DNA of 64,000 bases. It comes from Bdellovibrionota bacterium (lineage in GTDB: Bacteria; Bdellovibrionota_G; JALEGL01; DATDPG01). Positions 1 to 9,616 of this stretch are shown piece by piece. A program made the position numbers and the translations under genes. The stretch is from positions 1,056,001 to 1,120,000 of the forward strand of contig OY764265.1 of assembly GCA_963668355.1 (NCBI GenBank), written 5' to 3'. The first letter of the stretch is position 1. The number at the start of each line of letters is the position of its first letter. The notes below the pieces were generated by a model, which was not told the origin of the DNA, searched no databases, and saw only the letters and a list, made by a program, of their open reading frames with translations.

Positions 1-2
1 GC

Positions 3-1040
3 GCCATCAATGCCGCTCAAGACGACCCTTCTGTGGATTCCATCATGGTTATGCTTTCTCCGCAGGCCATGACTCGGCCCGCCGATGTTGCGCTTGCAGC
101 GGCCAGCTGTGCTCGCGGAGACAAACCGGTCTTGGCTTGTTTCTTAGGTGGAGAAGATGTCATGCCCGGAAGAGATCAGTTGGTGGCCTCTGGCCTTCCC
201 GACTTTACCTCGCCCGAAAAAGCTGCCAGCGCATTGAAGGCCATGTGGGAATATTCGGCCTGGAAAAATCGACCTCCTCGAATCATCACACGTTTTCCGG
301 TCAATCGACGACGCGTGGAACGCATTATCCACCGACATCTTCGCATGGAACGCCTGCAAGTCGGGGAAATCGATGCCAAGAAAATTTTCGAAGCTTACGA
401 TTTTAAAATTCCTGAAGGAAAATTGGCGACCACCTCCGAGGAAGCCATTGAAATTGCGAACCGCATTGGCATGCCTGTGGTCATGAAAATTGTTTCTCCG
501 GATATCATTCACAAAAGTGATATGGGAGGCGTGAAACTGAACCTCTCGACCCCTTCGGAAGTTCGGGACGCCTTTGATCTGATGATGTTACGGATTTCCC
601 AACGCGCCCCGGAGGCCAAGATCGACGGGGTTTATATCGAAAAAATGGGTCAAAAAGGGGTGGAGGTCATTTTGGGAATGACGCGGGACCCTCAATTCGG
701 CCCCATGCTCATGTTCGGCTTAGGCGGAATTTTTGTGGAAGTCATGAAAGATGTTTCGTTTTACCTGGCTCCGATTACAGCGGATGAAGCCATGCAAATG
801 TTAAAAGGAACGCGATCTTATTCTCTCCTTACCGGTGTCCGCGGCAGAGCTGGAGTAAATATTGAAGCCATTGCCAAAGGATTGCAGCGCATCAGTCAAC
901 TGGTGACCGACTTCCCACACATTATGGAATTGGACATCAACCCGTTTATTCTAAGTCCAGATTCAGATGCCAGTTTGGTCGCAGACGGCCGCATTACGCT
1001 TCGAGATTTTCGCCAACAAAAAAGGAATTCAAATGCCTAA
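3..1040 (+). CDS. ADP-forming acyl-CoA synthetase / acetate--CoA ligase family, C-terminal part (5'-truncated by window)
   Basis: ATP-grasp motifs KIVSPDIIHKSDMGGV, GPMLMFGLGGIFVE and ELDINP; the frame is open to the window edge. Confidence 0.88.
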   Translation, partial: AINAAQDDPSVDSIMVMLSPQAMTRPADVALAAASCARGDKPVLACFLGGEDVMPGRDQLVASGLPDFTSPEKAASALKAMWEYSAWKNRPPRIITRFPVNRRRVERIIHRHLRMERLQVGEIDAKKIFEAYDFKIPEGKLATTSEEAIEIANRIGMPVVMKIVSPDIIHKSDMGGVKLNLSTPSEVRDAFDLMMLRISQRAPEAKIDGVYIEKMGQKGVEVILGMTRDPQFGPMLMFGLGGIFVEVMKDVSFYLAPITADEAMQMLKGTRSYSLLTGVRGRAGVNIEAIAKGLQRISQLVTDFPHIMELDINPFILSPDSDASLVADGRITLRDFRQQKRNSNA

Positions 1041-2910
1041 AACACCTTTTGCTTACGACACTTCTTGGAAAGAAAAATACAGAGACTTCCTGGTCTCTGC
1101 GGAACAAGCGGTCTCTCATATTCGAGCCGGACAACGCGTTTTTGTTGGAACGGGTTGTGCCCAACCCTCGGTGTTGGTCGAGGCCATGGTCCAACATGCT
1201 GACGAATTGGTGGACACAGAAATTGTTCATCTCTTAACGTTTGGAGGGGCCCCTTACGCCACGAAAGAGCTCTCAAAGAATTTTCGCGTGAACAGCTTTT
1301 TCATTGCCGAAAATGTACGGGATACCATTCAAGAGGGGTTGGGGGACTACACGCCCATCATGCTTTCAGATATTCCGCGCCTCTTTCGATCCGGCCAAAT
1401 TCCCTTGGATGTCTCTTTGATCCAAGTCACGCCCCCAGACGAGCATGGTCGCTGCAGCTTAGGCGTTTCGGTTGATATTGTGAAAAGTGCGGCAGAAAAT
1501 TCTTCGTTGGTCATTGCGCAGATCAATCCGCAAATGCCTTGGACGCATGGAGACAGCACGCTCAATATTTTTGATTTCGACTATGTTGTCGCTTCCGACG
1601 TTCCCCTACATGAAGTTGAACCTCCCGAAACCACCGATGTCAGCCGGCAGATTGGTGAACACATCGCCGCGTTAATTGATGATGGCTGCACGTTAGAGTT
1701 GGGAATCGGTCAAATTCCTCAGTCCGTATTGGAGTTCTTGGATAAGAAAAAAGATTTGGGCATTCACACAGAAATGTTTACCGATCGACTCATCGAAGCC
1801 ATTGAGTCCGGAGCCATCAACGGAAATAAGAAAACTCTGGATAAACATAAAATTGTTGCGAGCTTTTGTGTCGGAACCAAAAGGATTTTTGATTTTATCG
1901 ACAACAATCCTCTCTTTTCTTTCCAACCTACCGAGGTGGTCAACGACCCTCATGTGATTTCACAGCAGAATAAGATGGTAGCCATCAACGTAGCGTTGGA
2001 AGTGGACCTCACAGGACAAGTCTGTGCCGACTCTCTGGGAACGAAGTTTTTCTCAGGGATTGGGGGGCAAGTGGACTTCAATCGAGGAGCGGCCAAAGCT
2101 GAAAACGGAAAAGCCATCATTGCCCTTCCTTCGACAGCCAAAAACGGAACCATCAGCCGAATTGCCACGCGGTTGAGCAATGGTGCGGGCGTGGTAACCA
2201 CCCGTGGAGATGTTCACTATGTCGTGACGGAACATGGCGTCGCCTACCTTCACGGAAAAAATGTCCAAGAACGAGCCTTGGCCTTAATCAGTGTCGCCCA
2301 TCCGGATTTTCGACCGCAACTTCTTCGTGAAGCCATCGAAGCCAAATATATTCGTTCCACGCTTTCCGATGTTGAAGGTAGAATTCGGGTTTCTCCCCGA
2401 CCTTTGCGTTCAACGTTTGTTTTGAGAGATGGAACTCAAATCGGTTTGCGCTCCATCCAACTCACCGATGAACCGAAAATGAAGAATTTGGTCTACGCGC
2501 TTTCGCAACAAACGATGTACAGCCGTTTCATGAGACAGATCAAATTCGTTCCTAAAAAGGACATTCAAAACTTTGTCTTCATCGACCACCGCACCGAAGT
2601 CGGACTGGTCGCGACGCTCCCTGAATCTGATGGAGAAGAAATTGTGGCCGTGGGTCGATATTATTTGGATCCAAAAACCAACCGCGCTGAAGTGGCTTTC
2701 ACAACAAGAGATGATTGGCAAGGACAGGGCATCGGGACGCAAATGATGAGGGCCTTGATGAAGGTTGCCAAGCGAAATGGAATTCAAGGGTTCACGGCTG
2801 AAGTTTTGGCTGAAAACCGCCCCATGCAGCGAGTCTTCGAGAAAAGTGGTTGCAAAATCAAAAGCCACATGACCGAAGGCATCTACAGCTACGAAATGGA
2901 TTTCGTTTAA
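1033..2910 (+). CDS. Acetyl-CoA hydrolase/transferase fused to a C-terminal GNAT acetyltransferase
   Basis: LELGIG, HTEMF, GIGGQVDF and VVTEHG motifs, then GNAT motif AEVAF..WQGQGIG; ATG at 1033 overlaps the upstream gene. Confidence 0.9.
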   Translation: MPKTPFAYDTSWKEKYRDFLVSAEQAVSHIRAGQRVFVGTGCAQPSVLVEAMVQHADELVDTEIVHLLTFGGAPYATKELSKNFRVNSFFIAENVRDTIQEGLGDYTPIMLSDIPRLFRSGQIPLDVSLIQVTPPDEHGRCSLGVSVDIVKSAAENSSLVIAQINPQMPWTHGDSTLNIFDFDYVVASDVPLHEVEPPETTDVSRQIGEHIAALIDDGCTLELGIGQIPQSVLEFLDKKKDLGIHTEMFTDRLIEAIESGAINGNKKTLDKHKIVASFCVGTKRIFDFIDNNPLFSFQPTEVVNDPHVISQQNKMVAINVALEVDLTGQVCADSLGTKFFSGIGGQVDFNRGAAKAENGKAIIALPSTAKNGTISRIATRLSNGAGVVTTRGDVHYVVTEHGVAYLHGKNVQERALALISVAHPDFRPQLLREAIEAKYIRSTLSDVEGRIRVSPRPLRSTFVLRDGTQIGLRSIQLTDEPKMKNLVYALSQQTMYSRFMRQIKFVPKKDIQNFVFIDHRTEVGLVATLPESDGEEIVAVGRYYLDPKTNRAEVAFTTRDDWQGQGIGTQMMRALMKVAKRNGIQGFTAEVLAENRPMQRVFEKSGCKIKSHMTEGIYSYEMDFV

Positions 2911-3002
2911 AAAAGTTCTCCCGAGTTTTTGAATCGTGGATCGTGTGGAGAGACACGACCTCCTTTCCGAGTAGGCCAAACCTTTTTCTCACTTGCCTTG
3001 GC

Positions 3003-3204
3003 TTGGTTTTGCGTCGTTCAAGCTCCAAAGCGACTGTGAAGGCGACCGATTCATCTTGGGAACGAGAGGAAGGGGAAACAGAGACGACCTGCGGCAAGCA
3101 GGGCTTGACGCTGGGCGGACAACGAGGGACCCCTCCGGAAGTGACCATAATGAATCGAGAAGCCGAAACCCCGGAGCTTTTGGAGTTGAACGACGCAAAA
3201 CCAA
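3003..3204 (+). repeat. Rod-like palindromic element, copy 1 (candidate structured RNA or ssDNA element)
   Basis: Perfect 19-bp inverted repeat 3003-3021/3186-3204; inner stem 3047-3054/3150-3157; core 3071-3133 shared with 54159-54221. Confidence 0.85.
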
Positions 3205-3458
3205 CCCCAGCACCTCGCCTCTTTAAATTTTTTAAAAAAGCTGTCATTTGCCACCTATGACGTATGTTGCCATATATCGTCTTTTTTCCACATCTGGGGA
3301 AAAGTAATCCCTTTTATTTTCAACATGTTATGTGTTTTTTCAATCTGGAGAGATAAAACTATCCACAGCAGAAGGTGGTTTTTTGCATTTTGATGTACAA
3401 TCGTTTTTTATATTCAAATGATGGGCCTAGACGTTTGGCCTTGTCTTGATTTTGTGGA

Positions 3459-3821
3459 GTGAATGCAGTGAAGGAAACCACCCATCAGCCAATCCCGCGA
3501 GAAGCGCGCGTGCCTCTCGAAGTTGCCGTTCAGTTTGCCGGCCACCATGGCCCCAACACGGGCCAGACACTCAACGTGAGTTCACGAGGGATGTTTGTTC
3601 GGACCAACAAACCCGGAGTCGTGGGCGAGCATATCTTCTTTCAAATTCAACCCGACGAGGACACACCCATTCGTTTCAATTTAGAGGGCGTCGTGGTGTG
3701 GATTCGTAAACGAGCCTCCCAACAAACCGGCGTTCCCAAAGGTATGGGAATTCGCTTTGCCGAAGGCCCTACGCAAGATGCGAACACGGTCCAAAGGATT
3801 TTTTCCGCTTTAATCTCATAA
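3459..3821 (+). CDS. PilZ-domain protein
   Basis: REARVP..NVSSRGMFV..GVVVW..GMGIRF pattern. Confidence 0.85.
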   Translation: MNAVKETTHQPIPREARVPLEVAVQFAGHHGPNTGQTLNVSSRGMFVRTNKPGVVGEHIFFQIQPDEDTPIRFNLEGVVVWIRKRASQQTGVPKGMGIRFAEGPTQDANTVQRIFSALIS

Positions 3822-3872
3822 GCCCAATCCTTTTCGGGCCATTTTTGTAGACGCCGTTTAAACTGTTTCCCC

Positions 3873-5531
3873 TTGGATCGATCATTTTTCAAATTTTGGT
3901 GGGTGGCGCTTTTTGCGTTTTGTCCGCTTTTGTTTTTTCCCTATGTTTATGATGACACCGTCATCATTCTAACGAACCACTACTTGGGCTCCTTTTCGAG
4001 CTTCGGTGAACTTTGGAAGGGGCATGTCGATTCATCTCATGTTATGGATGGAGCTTACCGCCCTCTTTTTCTTTCTTTTCTATCCATCATCAAAGCCACG
4101 CTGGGATCGTCTCCTGCGATTTACCGCTTCATCTCCTTGGCCATTCACAGCTTTTCCACATGGTTGATCTTTCGTTTAGCGCAAGAAACTTTTGGCCTGA
4201 AACGTCCTCTGGCTTTAGGCATTTCCTTTCTCTTTCTTCTCCATCCAATTCATCTCACGACGTTGGACCTTGTATGGAAACAAAGCTCCTTATGGTTGGC
4301 CTTTTTGGCCTTAAGCTCTCTTTATTTCTTATTCAAACAACGGCTTTGGTCCTGTTTATTTTTGATGATCGTCGGTCTGCTCGTAAAAGAGAATGCGCTG
4401 ATTTTCCCTCTTCTTTGGCTGGCCATGGAACCTCTTTTGCCCAAGCAAAATCGGAAATATCGCCTTTTCTTAGTCTCGGTGGCCCTGCTCTTGGGATTCG
4501 TCTACTACTTCTGGGTCTGGCCCCTTTTTCCTCGCCCCATCGACTCTGGAGGCACTCCAAGCGATCGCTTAAAATATTTCGCCACTCAGCTTTCTGTTTT
4601 TCCTTATTATCTCAAAGCTCTGCTATACCCCGCCCATCTCACGATCGACCGGAATATTGTTTTTGCTGAGAGCGTTTCACTCTCTTCCGTTATGACCCTT
4701 CTGGTTCTGATTTTCGGGGGGGTTCTTGCTTGGGTCATCGCGCTTCGAAAACATTCACCTAAAATTGTGGCCCTACTCTTGGCTCTGATTTGGCTTGCCC
4801 CCACCTCTACATTGCATCCCCTGGCTTTAAGCTATGATGAAACACGACTGTATCTTTTCTTCGCATTCGCTCTGATTTCGGGAGCTCTTTTTCTTCAAAA
4901 TCAAAACCTCTCGATTCCCCTCCGACCTTCATTAAAACAGGCGTTAACCCGGTTGTTTTTCATCGTTCTCTTTCTTCTTTCTTTCGTGGGCAGTTTTCGT
5001 TTTTCCTCCGAAAAAACTCTGTGGAAGGAAGCTCTGCGGGTTGATCCAAAATCAGCCCGCGCCCATTATCAGCTGGGCGTTCTCTCAGAGAAAGATCGGG
5101 CATTGGATGAAGCCGAAGATCATTACCGCAAAGCTCTGCTTTTCAGTCCAGATTTTCCCGGAGCCATTCTTGGTCTGGGCCTCATTCAAGGAAAGAAAGG
5201 AGATCTTGAAGGTGCGGAAAGAGAATTTCGAAAACTCCTCGCACATGGGCCTTACTGGAAAACCACGGCTCATTACCATCTAGGTTTAAACGCCATGTAC
5301 AAAAACGAGAAGGAAATCTCTTTTCGACATTTGCAAGAGGTCAGAGCCTTTCCTCCTTTAATCCGCTTGGCCGAAAGAGGAGAAGTCCTCTCGGACATTC
5401 ATTTCAAAAAATTCCGGGCCGCTCGGGGGCGATTGAACAAAATGCTAAAACGTTCCATCACCTCTGAAAAAGATCGAAAATGGGCCCAGGAGCAGCTGAC
5501 AAAGCTTGCCCCTAAAAACACGCTACGTTAA
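3873..5531 (+). CDS. Polytopic membrane protein with C-terminal TPRs (TMTC/GT-C-like putative glycosyltransferase)
   Basis: N-terminal YDD and YRP motifs, many hydrophobic segments, KE and RLY motifs, TPR-like tail (ARAHYQLG). Confidence 0.7.
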   Translation: MDRSFFKFWWVALFAFCPLLFFPYVYDDTVIILTNHYLGSFSSFGELWKGHVDSSHVMDGAYRPLFLSFLSIIKATLGSSPAIYRFISLAIHSFSTWLIFRLAQETFGLKRPLALGISFLFLLHPIHLTTLDLVWKQSSLWLAFLALSSLYFLFKQRLWSCLFLMIVGLLVKENALIFPLLWLAMEPLLPKQNRKYRLFLVSVALLLGFVYYFWVWPLFPRPIDSGGTPSDRLKYFATQLSVFPYYLKALLYPAHLTIDRNIVFAESVSLSSVMTLLVLIFGGVLAWVIALRKHSPKIVALLLALIWLAPTSTLHPLALSYDETRLYLFFAFALISGALFLQNQNLSIPLRPSLKQALTRLFFIVLFLLSFVGSFRFSSEKTLWKEALRVDPKSARAHYQLGVLSEKDRALDEAEDHYRKALLFSPDFPGAILGLGLIQGKKGDLEGAEREFRKLLAHGPYWKTTAHYHLGLNAMYKNEKEISFRHLQEVRAFPPLIRLAERGEVLSDIHFKKFRAARGRLNKMLKRSITSEKDRKWAQEQLTKLAPKNTLR

Positions 5532-5541
5532 CTTCACGAAC

Positions 5542-6477
5542 ATGGCGGCCAAACAAACGAAGATTGATCTCTCCACACAGCTCGGACCGCTCACCTTGAA
5601 AAACCCTGTTCTCACAGCTTCCGGAACGTTTGGGTATGGCCTTGAATTTGAACACTTGATCGACTTGAACCGACTGGGGGGCCTCGTCACCAAGGGGCTT
5701 TCTCTTCGCCCCCGAGAAGGGAACCCGCCCCCTCGAATTCATGATTCTGCCAGCGGCATGCTCAACTCCATCGGCCTGCACAATATTGGCGTGGATGCCT
5801 TCCTAAAAGAAAAACTCCCCAGGCTTTCAAAGTATGACACGGCCATCATCGTCAATATATACGGAGAAAACCCCGATGATTTTGTGGAAGTGGCCCGCGA
5901 GTTGGGCTCGGTCAAAGAGTTGGCTGCCCTGGAAATCAATATTTCCTGTCCCAATGTGAAAACCGGAGGACTGGACCTTGGAACCGACCCCAAGGAAGTC
6001 AAAACACTCACATCCAGAATACGGGAAGTCACGTCCAAGCCTCTTTTCGCCAAACTTACACCCAACGTGACCGACATCCGAGTTTTGGCCAAGGCCGCCA
6101 TGGAAGGGGGGGCAGACGGCCTCTCCCTCATCAATTCCGTGAAGGGAATGGCGGTGAATCTAGATAGAAAAACGCCCCATCTATCCTCCGTATGCGGAGG
6201 CCTATCCGGCCCCGCAATCAAGCCGATCGCTTTGGCCAAGGTGTATGAGGTTTCCAAGGCCTTGGACGTCCCCATCATGGGAATCGGTGGAATTTCGTCC
6301 GGACAAGATGCTCTGGAGTTCATGGTGGTGGGTGCTCAAGCCATTCAAGTCGGCACCGAGAACTTCGTCCACTCCAATGCCACGATCCGGATTTTGGACG
6401 AAATGGAAAAATACCTCCGAGAACACGAAATATCGAAAGTTCGGCACCTCATTCGAAGCCTTTCCGTGTTAAACTAG
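5542..6477 (+). CDS. pyrD: Dihydroorotate dehydrogenase, family 1B catalytic subunit
   Basis: LKNPVLTASGTFGYG, NISCPNVK and GGLSGPAIKP motifs. Confidence 0.95.
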   Translation: MAAKQTKIDLSTQLGPLTLKNPVLTASGTFGYGLEFEHLIDLNRLGGLVTKGLSLRPREGNPPPRIHDSASGMLNSIGLHNIGVDAFLKEKLPRLSKYDTAIIVNIYGENPDDFVEVARELGSVKELAALEINISCPNVKTGGLDLGTDPKEVKTLTSRIREVTSKPLFAKLTPNVTDIRVLAKAAMEGGADGLSLINSVKGMAVNLDRKTPHLSSVCGGLSGPAIKPIALAKVYEVSKALDVPIMGIGGISSGQDALEFMVVGAQAIQVGTENFVHSNATIRILDEMEKYLREHEISKVRHLIRSLSVLN

Positions 6478-6486
6478 CCTCGCGCT

Positions 6487-6855
6487 ATGGCCGAAGGAAG
6501 TCGAACCTTTAAACCTCGTAAAACTCGAATTCCCGTTCGAATCCCGGTGAATCAGTCTACGATTGAACTATTCACGGGTAGCGAAATCATGAATCTTTCA
6601 AAAGGCGGATTGTTCATTCGCTCGGACATCTCCCTTCCCGTAGGATCCATGGTAGACCTTCAATTCACCCTCCCTCTTCTGAAAAAAACGATCAAATTGG
6701 AAGGCGTGGTGGTTTGGAGCCGCCACCGAACGTCGAAAACGACCGGGGCGTTCCAAAGCCATCCCCCCGGAATGGGAGTCGAGTTTCGATCTGCGGGATC
6801 CAAAGAACTAAAGTGGATCCAAGAGGAGATAGAAAGGCAGATGCGCAACCTGTAA
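6487..6855 (+). CDS. PilZ-domain protein
   Basis: NLSKGGLFI, GVVVW and GMGVEF. Confidence 0.85.
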   Translation: MAEGSRTFKPRKTRIPVRIPVNQSTIELFTGSEIMNLSKGGLFIRSDISLPVGSMVDLQFTLPLLKKTIKLEGVVVWSRHRTSKTTGAFQSHPPGMGVEFRSAGSKELKWIQEEIERQMRNL

Positions 6856-6881
6856 TTTCCTGTTATGATTTCGCGTCTTTT

Positions 6882-7385
6882 ATGGCAGCGAAAAAGCAAA
6901 AATTATTCAGTGTTGGTGACAAAGCCGTATATCCCGCTCACGGCGTGGGCGTAATCGAGCGAATTGAGAATAAGGAAATTTCCGGAACTCTTTTTTCGTT
7001 TTATGTCATCCGTATTTTAGACAGCGACATGACGATCATGGTTCCCACGGCAAATGCAGATAGCGTTGGCCTGAGACAACTCATTGGTCCCGAAAAAGTG
7101 AACAAGGTCTTTAAAGTTTTTGAAAAACAAGACGTCGTCATTGACACGACAACCTGGAACCGACGGTACCGCGAATACATGGAAAAAATTAAAACGGGCT
7201 CGGTATTTGAAATCGCGGAAGTCATGAGAGACCTGTACATCCTGAAAAAAACAAAAACGCTTTCGTTTGGCGAACGAAAGATGCTCGATACGGCACGTAC
7301 CCTTTTGGTCAAAGAGTTGGCTTTGGCTAAATCCGTTAACGAAGACGACATCGAGAGCAAAATTCTTAAATACTTTCAGTCGTGA
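6882..7385 (+). CDS. carD: CarD/CdnL-family transcription factor
   Basis: FSVGDKAVYPAHGVG, WNRRYR and LSFGERKML; lies upstream of ispDF. Confidence 0.93.
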   Translation: MAAKKQKLFSVGDKAVYPAHGVGVIERIENKEISGTLFSFYVIRILDSDMTIMVPTANADSVGLRQLIGPEKVNKVFKVFEKQDVVIDTTTWNRRYREYMEKIKTGSVFEIAEVMRDLYILKKTKTLSFGERKMLDTARTLLVKELALAKSVNEDDIESKILKYFQS

Positions 7386-8071
7386 CCATTTCAGCCGTGA
7401 TATGCGCGGGAGGTTCTGGAAAACGCTTTGGGGGCGACACCCCAAAACAATTTCGACCGATCAATCATGTCCCCCTGATTATTCATACCCTTCGGGCTTT
7501 TGAGCGAACCTCAAAAATTGACGACATTGTCGTGGTCTTTCCCAAATCGGATCTTTCTTTTTTGGATGCAGAGGCCTGCCACAAATGGGGTTTGGAAAAA
7601 GTACGAAAAGTCGTTCCTGGAGGAACCTCCAGACAAGCTTCGGTATTTGAAGGTCTAAAAGCCATTTCATGGAACCCAGAAATCGTCGCGATCCACGATG
7701 CAGCCCGATGTTTGGTTTCCACGAAAATTATCGAAGATACTCTTTCGGCTTGCGCCAATTGGGATGGCGGAATTGCTGCCCTTCCTGTCAAAGACACCCT
7801 CAAGCGCGTGAAGGATGAAAAGATTGAGAAAACCATTCCCCGAATGCACTTATGGGCCATGCAAACGCCTCAAACCTTTAAATTCGATTTCATTTTGAAT
7901 GCTTACCGGGAAGCTGAGAAACAGGAACTCGAAGCGACGGATGATGCCATGTTGGCTGAGGCTGTGGGGGGCAATATCTGTGTCGTGGAGGGTTCAACAG
8001 AGAACATCAAAGTAACCTATCGAGAGGATTTGGAATTGGCTGAACTCATTCTTTCTCGGAGAAATTCATGA
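7382..8071 (+). CDS. ispD: 2-C-methyl-D-erythritol 4-phosphate cytidylyltransferase
   Basis: AGGSGKRF..PKQF, IHDAAR, QTPQ, TDDA and NIKVT. Confidence 0.95.
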   Translation: MTISAVICAGGSGKRFGGDTPKQFRPINHVPLIIHTLRAFERTSKIDDIVVVFPKSDLSFLDAEACHKWGLEKVRKVVPGGTSRQASVFEGLKAISWNPEIVAIHDAARCLVSTKIIEDTLSACANWDGGIAALPVKDTLKRVKDEKIEKTIPRMHLWAMQTPQTFKFDFILNAYREAEKQELEATDDAMLAEAVGGNICVVEGSTENIKVTYREDLELAELILSRRNS

Positions 8072-8550
8072 GCGAGGTCCGCGTGGGCCAAGGTTTGGAT
8101 GTCCATACATTTGAGAAAGGAAGACCCCTCTTTTTAGGAGGAGTTCAGATCCCACATGATCATGGACTCAAAGGGCACTCCGACGCCGATGCTTTGATTC
8201 ATGCCATCGTGGATGCTCTCCTGGGCGCTTTGGCTCTGGGAGATATCGGAAAGCATTTCCCGGATTCAGACCCTCAATACAAAGGAAAGCCCAGCTCCTT
8301 TTTCCTAAAAGCAGCTCATGCGTTGGTGACTCAAAAGGGTTGGAAAATCGCAAATATTGACTCCACCGTTTTTACAGAGGCCCCCATTCTTCGGCCTCAT
8401 ATCAACTCGATGCAAGAGAATCTCTCCACTCTCCTGGAACTTAAACAGGATCAGGTAAGCATCAAAGCCACTCGCCCAGAAAAAATGGGCGCCCTGGGAC
8501 GCAAAGAGGGCTTATTGGCTCAATCGATCGTTTTGTTGGTCAAGCCCTAG
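8068..8550 (+). CDS. ispF: 2-C-methyl-D-erythritol 2,4-cyclodiphosphate synthase
   Basis: RVGQGLDVH, GHSDAD and GDIGKHFPD. Confidence 0.96.
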   Translation: MSEVRVGQGLDVHTFEKGRPLFLGGVQIPHDHGLKGHSDADALIHAIVDALLGALALGDIGKHFPDSDPQYKGKPSSFFLKAAHALVTQKGWKIANIDSTVFTEAPILRPHINSMQENLSTLLELKQDQVSIKATRPEKMGALGRKEGLLAQSIVLLVKP

Positions 8551-8564
8551 TTTTTTCCACACGT

Positions 8565-8948
8565 TTATTTCGGCGGCTCAGCCCGTCCAAAGGCATCAAT
8601 GCCTTCTCCCTCACACTCCGCCACAAAGGTTCGAAAGTTTTGGACCATGGTTTTCGACACGTGATGAAAGGCGACCCCACACCCCAAGGAGCCTTTTTTA
8701 CGATCATGATTGGCCCAAGCCACCCTTCCCTCGACCATGCATCGTTTCTTCTTCCCTTTAATCGTTAACGTTAAGCAAAGAATGAGTTCACTTCCTGGGT
8801 AAAGACGTTCTCCCGTCTCAATGAACGCGCCACCTTCGCTGAAGTTTAGAACACGCGCTTCAAACATCGTCCGACGGGCGGGTTTGACTTCAGAATTTAA
8901 GTCCGTACTCACACGTGGATGTTTTCTTTTCTGAATCATATTGGTCAT
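8565..8948 (-). CDS. PilZ-domain protein
   Basis: Canonical RKHPR (RxxxR) and NFSEGG (NxSxxG) motifs; start approximate. Confidence 0.85.
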   Translation of the reverse strand: MTNMIQKRKHPRVSTDLNSEVKPARRTMFEARVLNFSEGGAFIETGERLYPGSELILCLTLTIKGKKKRCMVEGRVAWANHDRKKGSLGCGVAFHHVSKTMVQNFRTFVAECEGEGIDAFGRAEPPK

Positions 8949-9177
8949 GGGGTTCTCCAACAGAAATTATAAACGCCTCTGCCAACTCAGCCAATGAGGG
9001 ATGTGATCTAAAATGGGACATTGGACATGTATGACCCGCTTTCGAAAAAGAGTTTCTTTCCGCGCATTTCCTCTAAGTTTCTGACCTTATTCGATTTTTT
9101 ATCCACCCCTCTCGCATTTTAGAGATGGCACACATCTTGTGTGTTTCCAAACAAAACCATTTTTCATAGGGGGAAAA

Positions 9178-9609
9178 ATGAAATTGAAATGCACGAATCT
9201 GTTCTTGTTGTCGGGGTTTCTGTCTTTGTTTTTGGTCGGGCAGGCGATGGCTTGGCCACCAGGAAGCGTTCCACCCAATGCTTTCAACTACGGCAATGCA
9301 CATGAAACTCAACTCGCCACATTGAAGGATTTTGGATCACAGATTCTTCAATTGGCCGAAAAATACCAGATTTTTGTCTCTCCGGCAGGCCGCATGAAGT
9401 TGGCTCACGCCATTTTCAGAAAAAGCAAAGCCACCAAAAAGTACATTGAATTGAAACCATGGGAAGAAACCATCGTTGTCAAAATGCCCACGGATGATGA
9501 GGGAAACCTGAACTATGATTCAGAAGAAGAAATGGTTCGGGATGTTGTTGCGGAGGTTGAGTCAGACTCTGTCATGATTCTCGCTGAAGACAGTGCGGCG
9601 GATCGATAA
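9178..9609 (+). CDS. Hypothetical secreted protein
   Basis: RBS-like AGGGGG; signal peptide ending AMA; no recognisable family. Confidence 0.7.
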   Translation: MKLKCTNLFLLSGFLSLFLVGQAMAWPPGSVPPNAFNYGNAHETQLATLKDFGSQILQLAEKYQIFVSPAGRMKLAHAIFRKSKATKKYIELKPWEETIVVKMPTDDEGNLNYDSEEEMVRDVVAEVESDSVMILAEDSAADR

Positions 9610-9616
9610 TCCCGCC

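Noticed and set aside
3003..3204. Calling the rod motif 6S RNA
   Set aside because: Length and rod shape fit, but there are two copies, one nested in a repeat element, conservation is centred on the apex, and the usual zapA/ygfA context is absent; not excluded without cmscan
2850..3260. Several overlapping ORFs of 67-136 aa
   Set aside because: They overlay the palindromic rod element and have no RBS or recognisable protein features
3359..3368. DnaA-box-like ctatccaca suggesting oriC
   Set aside because: Single imperfect box with no cluster and no dnaA nearby
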